From assembly GCA_964016885.1 (NCBI GenBank), contig OZ024741.1, positions 74,152,001-74,216,000 of the forward strand: a DNA stretch of 64,000 nt, read 5' to 3'. This document shows, piece by piece, positions 37,972-50,320 of the stretch. Numbering within the stretch: position 1 is the first letter of the stretch; each line of letters starts with the position of its first letter. Below the pieces are notes generated by a model, which did not search any database, had not been told where the DNA came from, and saw only the letters and a list, made by a program, of their open reading frames with translations. Origin of the DNA: Eledone cirrhosa. Lineage: Eukaryota. A program made the position numbers and the translations under genes.

Positions 37972-38662
37972 TACAAGGTTTGTTGGAAAAATATCTGCAT
38001 ATATTCATGCACATGCATGGCTTTTGGTGAGCTCACTGAATACATCAGTCACTGTCAGGCAGCCAGCATTTGAGGTGCTATACTACTTACTCATTGCATT
38101 TTTATTTCACCTGATACTGTCAACAAGGATCCTGAGTTCCCAAATACAATGATAACTGGAGATGAAACATGGTTGTATGGGTGCCACTCGGAAACCAAAG
38201 CTCAATCACCACAGTGGAAGCATCGGATGTCATCAAGACCAAAAAAGCACATCATGGGCAGGGAAATATGAAGTTGATATTTTCTTCAAATACCAAGGCG
38301 CTGTGCATCATGAAAACACACTGGAAGGACAATCAGTTACAAAAGAGTACTATCAGGAAGACCTCTAACATCATCATGAAAATGCCCCAGCTCATTCGTT
38401 GCAGTTGATTCAAGCTTTCTTGGCAAAGAATGAGTCACTACTCTCAAGAGATGGCTCCTTCTGACTTCTGGTTGTTCCTAAAAATGGAGATAACCCTGAA
38501 AGACTCCCACTTGAAGAGCCGAGAGGACCATGTGGACTGCAACAGCAGAGCTGTAAGCTATTCCGAAAGAAGCATGTGTGGAGGCCTGAAGAGGATTAGC
38601 AATTGAAATATGGAATTATTTTCCCCAGCCTAAAGTTGAATACTTTTTCGACAGAACTTGTA
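37972..38662 (+). mobile_element. Internally deleted mariner relic nested in a piggyBac-like MITE
   Basis: Motifs ITGDETW, HHENAPAH and MAPSDFWLF. Imperfect TIRs TACAAGGTTTGTTGGAAAAA / TTTTTCGACAGAACTTGTA. MITE sequence resumes on both sides. Confidence 0.8.
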
Positions 38663-39192
38663 TTTTCAAAAGTAATTAAAAATCATATGGCAGCATCTTT
38701 CATTAGAAATATAATAACAAAAGGGTTAATGAGTTTTCTGGAAAATGGTTTAAAAGAATTTTAAGTATAAAATGAGCATCTTTCTCTTTGGCATTGTAAT
38801 TTCAATTCTGCTGCCGTAATTTCTGAAATGTTATGAAGTGATAAAAGATTTGAAGTCAACGTTGACTTTATTTTATTAATGATGTAATTGTTATTTTATA
38901 ATGTTATATAAACATTGTAATTGATGGCTGGCTAGAACTTTAATTTTGCGAAAAAATAAACCTAACATCAATTAATCCCATCAACTTAATGAATAATGCC
39001 AGAGATAATTATTTAAAACTTGACAAGAGAGAAATTTATAATTATGGAATTGCAGTTAGTTTTATGAAATATTGTACTCATATGTATAGAGAATTTTACA
39101 TAAAATGTTATTTTTTGTTATTTTTGGTACTTCCTCTTTATTTACCACAATGTCTTGTAAGCAAAATTGGTAGAAGGCCGGTATTTTATATG

Positions 39193-39231
<39 letters not shown>

Positions 39232-40195
39232 AACCATAGTCGATTACTAGAAATAATAGCTCAGAAAATTGGAAAGAACTGGCCAGCAGATGCTATAAAG
39301 AGTCAAACTCAGTACCTATCAAATTCTGGCTGAGTGGACCATTGAACTAAAACTCCCGACTCACATATATGATTATTCAAAATTAACTCCAAACAATAAG
39401 AAAGCAGATAGAGATGATGGTAGCAAAAAATGAATATTTAAATGTGCAAGTGTGTGACGAACATACAGAGGTGATGGAAAGATGAGTCAAACAAAACCAA
39501 ACTGGTAATCAGCTGTCTATTTAAGGACATCTTCTCAGTTTTAAAACAGGACCTTAAGATGACTATGAAATCTATCATAGGACCTGCAAAGCTAACCCCT
39601 ACTTTAGCAGGGAAAATGATCTGAAAGTCTTGTTGTGTGAAGGAGTAAATACCCTTTTGATACCAACACACTCAAAACTGGCTTTGGTTTTACGAAACAA
39701 AACCACCAATTTTAAAGGGTTACTATTTAAAACTTTTGAACATACTGTTTTATCAGGACCATTTAAGTTAGGTTACAAACACCATCTTAGTAATAAAAAG
39801 ATAATTTTAGTAAATCCTTTGAAATTCTTAATTAATTGAAATAGCGTGTATTTCATTTGAGATATAGTAATGAAAAGGTTAATGCCACATGCTGATAGGG
39901 ATAGTTGTGGGTTTTGTAAGGGATAGTTGTGGGTTTTGTAAGCTATAGTGAAGGCAACATATCAGGGAGAGCAGTTACTCAGAAAAATTCTGATACAGGG
40001 TAACGAGGACCCCCAGATCAAGTCAGACAACCTCTCTAGTACTTGTGGCATAATAAAATGCACCCGGTACATGCTGTAAAGTGGTTAGTGATAGGAAGGG
40101 CATTCAGCCAGAAAAATCCTGCAAAAAATTATGGAAAGCAGAACTTATGGAAAAGCTAAAGAAATATAAAGACATTTTAAATATGAAAAATTTAC

Positions 40196-40445
40196 CTGAT
40201 AGACATTGGTGCAGAAACAGGAATGGTTATAGTGAGCCCTGTCTGTTGTTCATCGTTGTGTAAATTTTCATCAGCATTCTTTATCACAGCATGGTTTTTA
40301 GCAGTCCTGTTAGCGACTGTGGAGACTTCAGCCTGTGGTACGAAGTTATGGTCTAGTATGAACAGATCCTCAGAAGATATATCAGTGATATAGTGTAAAT
40401 GCTCCTGAGCTTTGTCAATTCGGAAGAATTGTTCAGCTGTGGTTG
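40196..40445 (-). CDS. DGKZ: DGK exon 5 of 12
   Basis: tccag|...AG|gtaaat. Encodes STTAEQFFRIDKAQEHLHYITDISSEDLFILD plus linker (cf. [22 protein letters not shown]). 250 nt, phase 1 to 2. Confidence 0.94.
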
Positions 40446-42744
40446 CTGGAAGTAAAAATGATATTCACATGACTACATTTTAATCCCCTTTTGGAAATAT
40501 TAAAAATTATACATAGAGAATTGTTCAGATGTGTCAAAGGCACAACCTCACTAGTGTTGGTGATCTACATGATAAATACAGTGGTAGGAAGGGTATCTAG
40601 CTATAGAAATCTTGCCAAACAGAGTCAGGAATCTTCAGCTTGTCAGAGACATAACCTTTATAGTGGTAGTGTCATGATAAAATATACAGTAGAATGCAAG
40701 ATTGTATATAAGCAAGATGCCAGGCATCATCCCATTTAAGAGGTTAGCAGCTCAGCTTGCATACTGACTCAGTTAGTGAAGCCCTGTACAAACCTTGCTA
40801 GCCAGGAAAACAGACATTAAATGATGATGATGATGAAACTGTTAGGGTTGTTTTGGGAAAGCCAGTATAATGCAAATTAGAAATAAAGAAGTGAAAATAA
40901 GGGTATTGTTCAGCTGTTGTTGCTGGAAGTAAAAATATAACTCATGAGTATATTTTAATCAACTTTTGGAAATATTGATTAAATCAATCCTATAACTTGA
41001 CTGGTATTATATTTTATTGACTCTGGAAGAATGTAAAGCAAGGTTGACCATGGCAGGATTTGAACTCAGAATGTAAAGAACCAATTCTGTCAATTTAGCA
41101 CCAAAAATTATACATAGAAACCATTAGGAATTTTTTGGGAAAGCCTGTACAGTAGAAGTTAAAGATAAGAACAGAAAATGAGAGGTAAATTAAGAAAAAA
41201 CAAAGCAACAGTTTACATGGTTTTCCTATATTTAATACTATTTTAGAGTTAGGAGCCCTTTTTTTCAAAAGAAAGAAATGGAGAGTGATTGTGATAATAA
41301 GGTGAGCTCTTTTCTATGTAAATACTTGGTGATACGGGTGGTGGCATGGAGAATAGGACAGTCACAATAGCCAACCAGCTTCATGCAATGAGAGTTTTAA
41401 TCTATTGATAATAATAGCCCCTTTGATATCTTGGGTGTGATATTTTCAGCATTGAGTAATAAACCTCATAAATAAATAAATTAATACGTTTTTTAATTTT
41501 TAACAATGTAAACACTAATACAACAAAAATGATGAAATATAATTTTATTGATCACAATCAAGATGTTACTATATCAGATGTCACAGATCAAAGCTCAATT
41601 CTAAAAGGACAAGTGTCCACTTAGAGGTCAGTTCAAGTTATTTTCAGCCTGAGATTACCTAAAGCCAAGAGAGCCTACAAAACTTGCAGGTCCAGTTTGA
41701 CCTACAGGATCAAGTGAGAAGCAATGGTAGATAAGAAAGTCAGGAACAGGTTTGCAGATACTATTGCATAAAAATTTAGAGAACTCCCCGAGCAAACTGA
41801 AAAGAGGAGAACTTTGACTACTGATATGAAATATAATTGCATTTAAGATGAAATTTTATATTTAAATTTTAAATTTTAAATATTCAAAATTTATATTCAA
41901 TATTTGATATTTTCTGTCAGGAGTTGTGACTGCCAAATAGTATCAGCAATGGAAAGACCATTCATTGGTATGATCTGACAATCAGCTCTTTTCTATTTTA
42001 GTTAAGCTGATCAAATTGAGCTAAGGAAACTGTGTTTCCAATGGTTATTGCAATTCTGATACCATCTGCCTATCAAAACTCCTATCATAAGAGATTAGAA
42101 CTTAGAATGCACAACACCAGATTATATACCACAAAGCATTCCATCTGAATCTTTAACAATTTCATCAATCCATTGCCTCTGAATTGCTACTTAATTGATA
42201 ACTAAAGGATAAATGGATGAAAGTAGTTGATCTTGGCAACATTTGCCTGCAAAGTACAGAAAGCCAGGACAAACACAGAGGTATTTAATTTGATGCTCTG
42301 GTGGATTTGTTAATTTGTTGAAAAGACTAGTAACATTTTCATTTCAATAAGTATGCAAAATGTCACAGTAGTTAAACAGTTTTATTCAGGAGACATGACT
42401 AAATGTGTTGGTGCAAAGATGAGTATCCAGCTGTAACAGATTGCCTCAACAAGGACCTTATGATGAATATGGTCCTTAGCTCTGGGCCCACAAAACTAAC
42501 TTTTGCTTTAGCAGGGGAAATGGTCTTGTTGGGTGTATTGTGCATATATTAATGTTTACTGTGTATATCCATAGCTCTGATTGTAAGGGCTAACCAAAAG
42601 GGTTGATGCCAGAAAGGGCATTCAACTACAAAAAATTGCCTCAAAAAGGACCCCATGGTGAATCTGATGCCTATCATGGGGTCATGCAAGGCCATGCTGT
42701 AGAAGGGAAAATGGCCTTGAAACACTTGTGTTGTTGAATAACAC

Positions 42745-43060
42745 CTATTATACTCTGTAAAGTAGTATTACTAGTCCCATGATAGTGCACAATTTACTGT
42801 CAAGTGGTAATACTGGTGCCTTGATAAAATGCACCCAGTACATTCTGTAATATAGTTCTGGTACCATAATAAAATGCACCCAGTACACTCTAATAAGTGT
42901 TAATGCTAGTGCATAATAAAATGCACCTAATACACTTTGTAAAATAGAAACATTGGTGCCATCGTAAAATACACCCAGTACATTCTGTAAAGTTGTAGTT
43001 CTGGAACCATAATAAAATGCACTCAGTACACTCTGTTAAATGTTAGTGCTAGTGCCACAA
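42745..43060. repeat. ~45 bp minisatellite derived from the RTE/SINE 3' UTR unit
   Basis: Repeated ATAAAATGCACCCAGTACACTCTGTAAA.TGGT..TGGTGCC, about 6-7 copies. Confidence 0.8.
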
Positions 43061-44217
43061 TGACAATTCCACTAGTAGACTCTCTATGAAGAGTATACAG
43101 TTGAAGAAACCATGCCAAAAATGGATCATAGGAGCAACACATGGTTTCCTGACCTGCATCTCATGCCAGAATGGAAGAAAAAATGATGATAATTGTAGAA
43201 GTAGTGGCTTATCATATACAGAATAAACAGTTCCATTACAGTCTCTACTCAATGGACAAGTTCACTTTAGTGATTCATGTTACATAGTATATAAGCGATT
43301 TACTTGATGTTTGTTGTAAGATTTTAAAATTATGAACATTTAAGTGAATACCAAATTTAAAAAAACAAAACAAAAATACCTCTGTTGTTATAAAGCCTGC
43401 AAGCATTTTACACACAAATTGAGAAGACGAAATTGAAGCTGAAGTTATGGAAATGTTGCTCTACCTAAAGGTGGCATTCTATTACAATTACATGCTAGTA
43501 GTCAAATTATCATTGAAATACAGTCATATAGTGAATACAGGCATGTATGGACTCATATACAATATATATACCCACTATACAATACATGTATGCACGAATC
43601 CTAGCTTGATACTGGGGTAGCTGTTATATAATCACAGCTTAAAATATACAGTGTGACTAATTGTATGTTTCTGATACATAAACTTATTGTATGAGTCCAG
43701 GTTTGGATTAACCATGAAGCAAAATAAGCACATTTAGGCATCATTGGAAGAGTGGCACCGTTTTATTCAAATTAAATATATTTATCATTAAAAAAAGAAA
43801 GTGCGAACTTTATATATGAAGGGGTACCATAATCTTTTATGTGCTTAGGGCCTTAAAAGGGCTCAATCTGGCCCTGTATGGATCCATAAGTTGGTGTTGA
43901 GAGCACATCTTAAATATACCAATATGATATTATGATGAAATATTTTTAAATAAATATAAGCACTTTAAACTTTCCATATTTATAATGAAAGACTCCTCCT
44001 ATGATTTTCAAAAAATTTAGAAAATAATCTAGAATTTGGAGGGATTTAGTAATATAACTTTCTCATTATCAAGTTGGTATTTAGAACATAACTTAAAGGT
44101 TCTGACATAAAATTATGATGGACAGTTTGAATTTAACTATGGACATTTTAAAATAAAAAGCTTTTCATCATAGAAACCATGTCCATTCCAAGTGAGTTGG
44201 TAACAAAAAGTTTAAAC

Positions 44218-46466
44218 CAGGCATGTCAAACTGAGGGTCCCCCAAGGGCTGCATGGGTCACATATGTGTTGTCACATTACAACTAATTAGAGTCATTTAA
44301 TAAAATTTATTGCAGAAAAATTTGTTACTTAAATTTAGAAACATACAATGTACATACAAATGTTTCAGCAGCATTCATGAATACAAAGTAATGAAGTGCT
44401 TTGACAAAAAACTAAATTTTTAAATGGCAACATATACTTGCAGCTTGTAACAGCAACAAATACACTGTACAAAATTTACAACAGTTCAAAACTGAACATT
44501 TATTTGCTACTATTCAACCATTTTTAGTGTTTTGTCCTGAGGCATGACACCTTTTGTTGACAATTTTTGGTATGTCAGGCTGAAATGTCTGTACAGTTCC
44601 GACTTTAATCAGAGATGACAAGTGTTGATCAGCCAGCCTTGTTCTCTGAGAAGATTTTGTTAATTTCATGAAGGAAAATAACTGTTCACACATAGGTAGA
44701 ACCAAACATTGCCATAATCTTTGTGGCAAACTTTCTGAAGTTTTTAAACTTTTCAGGAAGGTATGAAAAGAAACCAGGTAAGCACCACTTCAAGATACTT
44801 TGCTCTAAGTGTAGAATCCGACTGCATTTCCAATTGTTCCATCTGCAGGCTTTCTTCTGCCTTGGCAACATCGAAGGTGAATGGTGCTGAAAATAATGCA
44901 AACTGGTGTTCAAAAGATGAGAAATCACAAAATCTTTCCTGAAATTCCTTTGACAACAATTCCAGGTGACTGTCATACTTAGCAAAGCTAAGTACAGAAT
45001 CAGTATTGGCAGTGTTTTTCAGCTCTTTGCACGTAGGAAAATGAACTAAATTTTCATTTGACAACTGTGACTTCCATAAGCTTAGTTTTCTAATGAAGCA
45101 CTTGATGTCATCATACAATTGAGTGATGAGTTTGTTTTTACCTTGTAATTTCAAATCAAGATCAGTTAATTGTGCAATAATATCCACAGCAAAAGCCATA
45201 TCTTGCAGCCAACTTTCATCTTTTATTTCATTTGTGTTTTAACCTTTCATCTCCAAAAACATAATTATTTCTTGTCTCAACAAATAGAATCTTTTCAGCA
45301 CTTTGTGACATGACAACCAGCAGACTTCTGTGTAGAATGGAACATCAGTGAACTGATTATCCATATTTTCCAATAACTGGCTGAACTGACGGTGGTTGAG
45401 AGCACGGCCTCTGATATAGCTCACTGTCTTTGTGACCAAGCTATGCACATGATGCAATTTAAAAATCTTTGAACACAAATTTTGCTGATGAATAATACAG
45501 TGAAAATGTGGAAATAATGAATCTAGATGCGAGTTTTATATTTTTGTTCGTAACTTGGCAGCAGCACCATTATGTCTGCCAACCATATTCACAGCACCAT
45601 TAGTAGATAAGCATGCAAGTTTACTCAAATCAAAACCATAGTCATGCAGAACCTGCTCGACCTTCTCAGAGATGTCCTGGCTTGTTATAGTGTCATGTAT
45701 GGGAATCAGTTCTTCATAAATATTAAATTCACTGTCACAGGCTCTGATGAAGAATGCAAGCTGGGCTATTCCAGTGATGTAAACGGTCTCATCAATAACA
45801 ATAGAAAAATATTCAAACCTTGATGATACAGCCTTCAACTGTTGTTTCATATCAGCAACAGTGTTCCTGGTTAATGAAATGTCTTTGAATAACTGCTTTC
45901 TTTGGACATACAATTTCAGCTGTTTTTACAAGAGGCATTGCTTTACAAAATCTCCTTCACTGTAAGATTTCTCATTCACGGTGATCATTCGGCTGAGTTC
46001 ATAGCTTGCAGTAACAGAAGCGACATTCACTTCCTGAATTTTCATAAAACAGGTCTGTTAGCCTTCAATTCCTTGAGTCTTGAAACATGCATTGGGCCTT
46101 CATATTTATCGTAAGATCGATCGTTCGTTTCATAATGCCTTTTCAAATTGTACTCTTTTGGCGTGGCGATGCAGTTGTTGCAATTCCCACTTTTCTTGAA
46201 ACCCTCCTTTGTTCAATTTTCTTTTTCTCTTAGATGGAGGAGCACTAGTCATTTTAAAAGAAAAAAACTTTTGAAATTTTGAAAGAAAGTTTTCTGTTTA
46301 CAACTGTTAATGAGCTGTGTGTGATTCGTCGGAAGTTAAAAGTAGTTGACAAAAATCGCACAAAAAAAAACAATCGTATCGAAAACTTTTTTTATTTTAT
46401 ATTATGAAAATAAAACATGCTCGCATTGTAAAAACCTTTGTGCAGGCCGCATGTTTGACATGCCTG
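44218..46466 (-). mobile_element. hAT (Buster/Charlie, GTF2IRD2-like) DNA transposon with intact ends and pseudogenised transposase
   Basis: 14-bp TIR CAGGCATGTCAAAC at both ends. Identical 8-bp TSD GTTTAAAC (44210-44217 and 46467-46474). Transposase fragments FSIVIDET, STNGAVNMVG, FHCIIHQ, EVCWLS and MFGSTY. Confidence 0.96.
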
Positions 46467-46614
46467 GTTTAAACATTCTTTTTGTGCTTGCTATATTGTT
46501 ATCCTGCACTTGACTATACATACTTCATGCAGATGAAATACATGAAAACATTTTCAAATACCATATACACAGATACACAGAGAGGACAGAAACAAAGAAC
46601 TTAGATGTACTTAC

Positions 46615-46669
46615 AGTCTAAAAAACACCAATTCAATGACATGTCATCAAGTTCTGCACCAAATGTATC
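46615..46669 (-). CDS. DGKZ: DGK exon 4 of 12
   Basis: tttag|...|gtaagt. Encodes DTFGAELDDMSLNWCFLD, including the conserved WCFLD. 55 nt, phase 0 to 1. Confidence 0.93.
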
Positions 46670-46692
46670 CTAAAATAAACAATTACAATAAT

Positions 46693-46860
46693 AGGCATGG
46701 CTGAGTGGTTAAAGTGGTTAAGGAGTTTGCTTTACAGCCACATGGTTCCTGGTTCAATACCACTGCAAGACACCTAGGGCAGGTATCTTCTGCTATAGCC
46801 TTACATTGACCAATGAATTGTAAGTGGAATTTGGTAGATTGAAACTGGAGAAGCTCATTG
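46693..46860 (+). mobile_element. tRNA-derived SINE followed by (TGTGTATAAATRCAT)n
   Basis: GGCATGGCTGAGTGGTTAA ... GGTTCCTGGTTCAATACCAC. Related copies at about 59228 (+) and near 6520, 9380 and 59600 (-). Confidence 0.75.
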
Positions 46861-47489
46861 TGTATAAATGCATGTGTATAAATACATTGTGTATAAATGC
46901 ATGTGTATAAATACATTGTGTATAAATACATTGTGTATAAATGCATGCATATTTATATCATGCCTTGCAACTTAGCAGATTCAAGAAAAACATCAGTAAA
47001 ATATGTACTAAGCTTGAAAATTAAGTAGTGGGGGTGATATAATTGACCAAAAGCATGGCACCTCATATGTTTTAATGATTGAAACCAGTAAAAGAATAAA
47101 AGGATTTTCTTTTGTGGAGCTTATTTTTTTAGCATATTTTATAATGCAGTCATCTGGTAAAGCTTGCTGGTAGGATTAGGATGAGCTCCTACCCATACAG
47201 TGGATAGGACAGAGAGAAAATGTTTGCATGCCATGGAAATTAACCATTAGAACTTAACATTATTTTTTTTTCAGTAAGGGAATAGCATGAACATTTTCAG
47301 GAGATTCAACACTGATTACAAGGAGGGAGGTATTCACAAATGGGAGAACTGGTCTGAGGGCCTGCAACAAAGTTGACTCTGCTAAAGGCACCCAAGGGCT
47401 ATTAAGGGTCAGAACCTAAACATTCAATTCCTTTTCTTTCCTTACCATGGTATACTAACTTTTCTCTCTACACACAAAGCCTCATCTAG

Positions 47490-47760
47490 ATGTCAACAGA
47501 AGTTAAAATAACATATGTAGCTGTCAACTGAAGGTAAAATAACTTATATATAGCTGTCAACTGAGGGTAACATACCATATGTAACTATCAACTGAAAGTA
47601 ACATACCATATAGCTGTCAACCAAACTATATATAGTGAACTGAAAGTAACATAGCATATATAGCTGTCAATTACCATACATATATCTGCCAACCACACAA
47701 TATATTATTAACTGCAATACATTAGGTGTCAATTGAAGGTAACATACCATATATAGCTGA
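47490..47760. repeat. ~30 bp minisatellite overlapping the DGK exon 3 donor site
   Basis: Unit TAGCTGTCAACTGAAGGTAACATACCATATA, about 7 degenerate copies. Confidence 0.85.
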
Positions 47761-47827
47761 TTGATGTGCTCTCGTACTTGCTCTAAGTCTGCATTATTGT
47801 CCACCACTATGTTACCAAATTTGGTAG
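47748..47827 (-). CDS. DGKZ: DGK exon 3 of 12
   Basis: aatag|...ATG|gtatgt. Encodes STKFGNIVVDNNADLEQVREHINQLYM. 80 nt, phase 1 to 0. Confidence 0.92.
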
Positions 47828-48629
47828 CTATTAAGAAGAGCATGAAAAAAAATGTATGTATAAACAGTTAAAATTTCACTGTAAAATGACATTAAATAGA
47901 TATTATAAGAACCAAATCTAAAACCAAAAAAAAAAGAAGACAAACAGATAAAATGAGAGACTTGAACCACATACCTATCTATCATCATTATTATTTTATG
48001 TTCGCTTTTCATGTTGGCATGGGTTGGATGAGTTGTCACATTTGAGACTGGACATGTTAAAGACTGTCTCAATCAATATGTTTTGGTATGGCTTCTACAG
48101 CTGAATGCTCTTCCATTTGCCAACCAATTTACAGTATGTATTGGTTGCATTTTATCAAGTCACCAGTGCTAGAGAAGTTGTCATGTCTTTGACAAGCCTA
48201 TAGAGCTTTCTCTACTCTATGTTGACTTAACCATTTTACAGAATGTCTTGAGCATATTTTATCATGGCCCCAGCACTAGAGAGGTTGTCATGTCCATGAG
48301 AAGACTAAAAAGTCCTCTCAACCCTATGGTACTTCCATTCGATCATCAGTCACTTTACAGAGTGACCCAAGTACATTTCATTGTAGATCAACATTACTGT
48401 ATGGTTAAAGAGGCCTCACAAAAAATATTCTTCAGCCAAATCAATGAAAGAAACTAAGTATCAGTTAAATCTCCCTCAAACCACAACTCCATAGTTCACA
48501 TAAAGTATCATGTAAAATAAAGATAAATATAAAACAAACAGGATTGATCTTTGTATGTTTTCAGTCAAAATACTGACATACCCAAAACGTTGGGAAAGTT
48601 TCTCACATTATTTAAGATGAAATACTTAC

Positions 48630-48727
48630 ATGCATTTTGTAATTTCTCTTTGTCATGATGTAATGCTTCATAATCAGACATACAAATTCGACTGACCTGT
48701 ATACCCAACCTCTTGGCTGAAGGTTGT
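48630..48727 (-). CDS. DGKZ: DGK exon 2 of 12
   Basis: cacag|...|gtaagt. Encodes [32 protein letters not shown] (cf. DGKZ IQVSRVSMHDYEALHYDKE). 98 nt, phase 2 to 1. Confidence 0.95.
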
Positions 48728-49802
48728 CTGTGAAAATAGACACACAGGAAAAATTAATGAATGATATTTGTGATAACACAATAAGCATTTTAAGGCCATT
48801 TCCACTGCTAAAGCCTTTTTGGCTTCATGATAAATTTCCTACTCGCTACAGGGTCCTTTTTGGGAGCAATGTTTTACAACTGCATGGTATTCCAGTGGCA
48901 AACCCATTTAGTTCTTACAACGAATAAAAACATGCACCTATTCTAAGCTGGATACACACACAGTGAGAATGATAACAAAAAGCCAACTAACTGCCTTTTG
49001 TTACTATATTTTTCATGAAATATACTGTCTATGATTTTCAAATAATTTTTAAAGTAATCAAGAATTTGGAGGGATTCAGTAATATAACTAATTTTCTCAT
49101 AATTTATCTGGTGTTTGGATTAGCCATTTCAATACCAATCTGATCAAAACAGGTTCTGGCTCTATGTAAAAAAACCAACCAACCAATTCTGAAGGGTTCC
49201 TATTTAAATTAAAATCAACTGACATAATTGTCTATAAGAACCATATGTTAAATTAATATCTTAGTAATGAAATAATTCATAATTTTAGTAAACCCTTAAA
49301 ATTATTCATGAGTTAATCGAAATAGAGTGTATTTCATAAGAAATATGATCCTGAAAGTGTTAAAGATAAAACAAGCAATAGGATTGATTTTAGTATTTTT
49401 CCAGTCGAAATACTGACATCTAAATTACCAAACCATTGTGTTTTCATAACTCTTAATTTGATTGCTACAAAAACATTACTGGAGTTTATTAGCTGGAATA
49501 ACTGTTTCTAATATCTCAATAGCAAGACAAGGAATTAAATCAATACATATTAATTATTCATTCTGAGATCGTCAAATGAAAAGTCATGCCTAATGTGTGG
49601 AGTCACTTGTCACACATAACAAATAACATATAGCACACCAAATTAATCTTTTTCTTGGACTTCGTCTGCATTATAATGAGACACTGTTATGTAGGTGAAA
49701 GCAGACGAGCCTACCTAATAGTTTGAACATTCAATAGCTAAACTATACTAACACATATTTTAAAATAAAAACAATCTTAGATCATTATTTATAGGAGGGA
49801 AA

Positions 49803-50320
49803 CATGGGTGATGAATGTGGTGCAGCAGAGAAAACTGAAAAGAATGAGAATAGGAATGGTTGTGTGGATGAGCTGAGTGGAGTATCACTTAGTGAGAGGA
49901 AGACAAACAATGATTTTGGAGAGAGGATGATAGGAATAGAGCCAGTGATGAATGAGATGAAGAGAAATGGAAAGAGTTGGTTGGGTCATGTATTGAAGAA
50001 GGATGAAAGTAACTGGGTGCGAGGAATGATGGGAATAGAGGCAGTGGAATGTTGTGACATGAAATGGAATGAGATGGTAAGGAAGGATGACTGGGTGATG
50101 GGAATAGAGCCAATGATGGATGTTGGGAAGAGAAATGGAATGAGATGGTTGGAACATGTGTTCAGGAAGGATGAAGTAACTGGGCAAGAAGAGTGATAGA
50201 AATGTGGAAGGAATTAGAGGAAAAGGAAAAGCCAAGTAAGATATAGCTAAAGTTGATGGAAGAGGAAACGAAAGCCAGGAGGTTCATGACAGAATATGAA
50301 GGGGAAAGGGAAAAATGGGA
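49803..50320 (+). mobile_element. Highly decayed RTE-type LINE 3' region
   Basis: GVSLSERKTN...MKRNGKSWLGHVLKKDESNWVR, with an internal duplication. Confidence 0.6.

Noticed and set aside
42745-43060. Regularly spaced repeats resembling a CRISPR array
   Set aside because: The units are contiguous degenerate copies without unique spacers, in a eukaryotic context with no cas genes.
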